A DNA stretch of 64,000 nt from a virus (lineage: Duplodnaviria; Caudoviricetes): positions 1,424 through 65,423 of IMG/VR virus record IMGVR_UViG_3300043499_000197; one strand, given 5' to 3'. Position numbers and translations under genes: made by a program. Positions within the stretch are counted from its first letter, which is position 1. The number at the start of each line of letters is the position of its first letter. Shown in pieces: positions 63,538 through 64,000 of the stretch. A model generated the notes under the pieces. It made no database searches, had not been told where the DNA came from, and saw only the letters and a program-made list of their open reading frames with translations.

Positions 63538-64000
63538 GCCGCATGGACATGTTCCGCCAGCGCCATCGCAGCGTGCAGCCGCGCGCGGTGGACGACATGG
63601 CCACCATGACGCTGGACGATCCCAAGCGCAGCGACGTGCCTTCGCCGAGCGCGGAGAACTTCGCGATGCGCGTGCGCGAGACGCTGATGGTCTACCTCGG
63701 GCGCCAGGGCGACCCGCTGGACCGCGGCATCACGCTGCGCGACCTGATCGATGCCGGCGTCGTCACCATCGCGCCGGGCTACTCGCTCGGGCCGGGCGGC
63801 GGCGCGATCCCGATCGGGCCGGGCGGGGGCGGCGCGGCCAGCCAGATCAAGCCTGACTTGACGCCACCCCCCACGGTGACGGGGCTGGTCGTGACGCCCG
63901 GCCTGTCCAACATCTTCTTCGAGACCGACCCGCCCACCTTCGCGATGGGGCACGGCTACTTCGTCACCAACATCTACGGCGCGCAGCAGGCCGCGGGCCA
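63534..64000 (+). CDS. Tail tip/central fibre protein, truncated by window end
   Basis: ATGA overlap; GRQGDPLDRGITLRDLID and DLTPPPTV.GL motifs; open to end. Confidence 0.65.
   Translation, partial: MSRMDMFRQRHRSVQPRAVDDMATMTLDDPKRSDVPSPSAENFAMRVRETLMVYLGRQGDPLDRGITLRDLIDAGVVTIAPGYSLGPGGGAIPIGPGGGGAASQIKPDLTPPPTVTGLVVTPGLSNIFFETDPPTFAMGHGYFVTNIYGAQQAAG

Noticed and set aside
1-64000. Stop-codon reassignment, tRNA genes or introns
   Set aside because: Core genes are full length under the standard code; no cloverleaf or interrupted core gene was seen

Overview
The whole window is most of a GC-rich (by eye mid-to-high 60s %) tailed dsDNA phage genome with podovirus-like architecture, probably infecting a Proteobacterium (host inferred from composition only). 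The + strand carries the virion genes in two blocks that look like one circularly permuted module. Block 45981-64000 holds TerS, TerL, portal, scaffold, major capsid, adaptors, tail fibre, beta-helix tailspike and nozzle. Block 1-14693 holds a GNAT protein, three ejection-type proteins and a 3159-aa polyvalent protein with LPD23-like, three HExxH and PLxRFG motifs. The - strand (14690-44892) carries replication genes (primase-helicase, SSB-like, SNF2 helicase, DHH phosphoesterase, HNH, VRR-NUC, PD-(D/E)xK exonuclease, PolA) and about 45 early/accessory genes. No integrase, RNA polymerase, tRNA, CRISPR array or recognisable endolysin was seen. The most unusual signals are: (1) a ~750-nt ORF-poor, nested-stem region (44900-45640) that looks like a large structured RNA at the head of the early transcript; (2) a neighbouring control region with TTTCTGACAT iterons and a ~52-bp TTAA/CTAAG-rich palindrome; (3) two +1-frame genes with their own Shine-Dalgarno sites overprinted inside the giant protein and TerS; (4) a CCTCACCAAAGGA start-associated motif before ~14 leftward genes; (5) a TAAACNNNTTTA palindrome overlapping sigma70-like promoters; and (6) an internal Tat-signal-like segment in the giant protein. 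All family assignments come from motifs recognised by eye, not from database searches.
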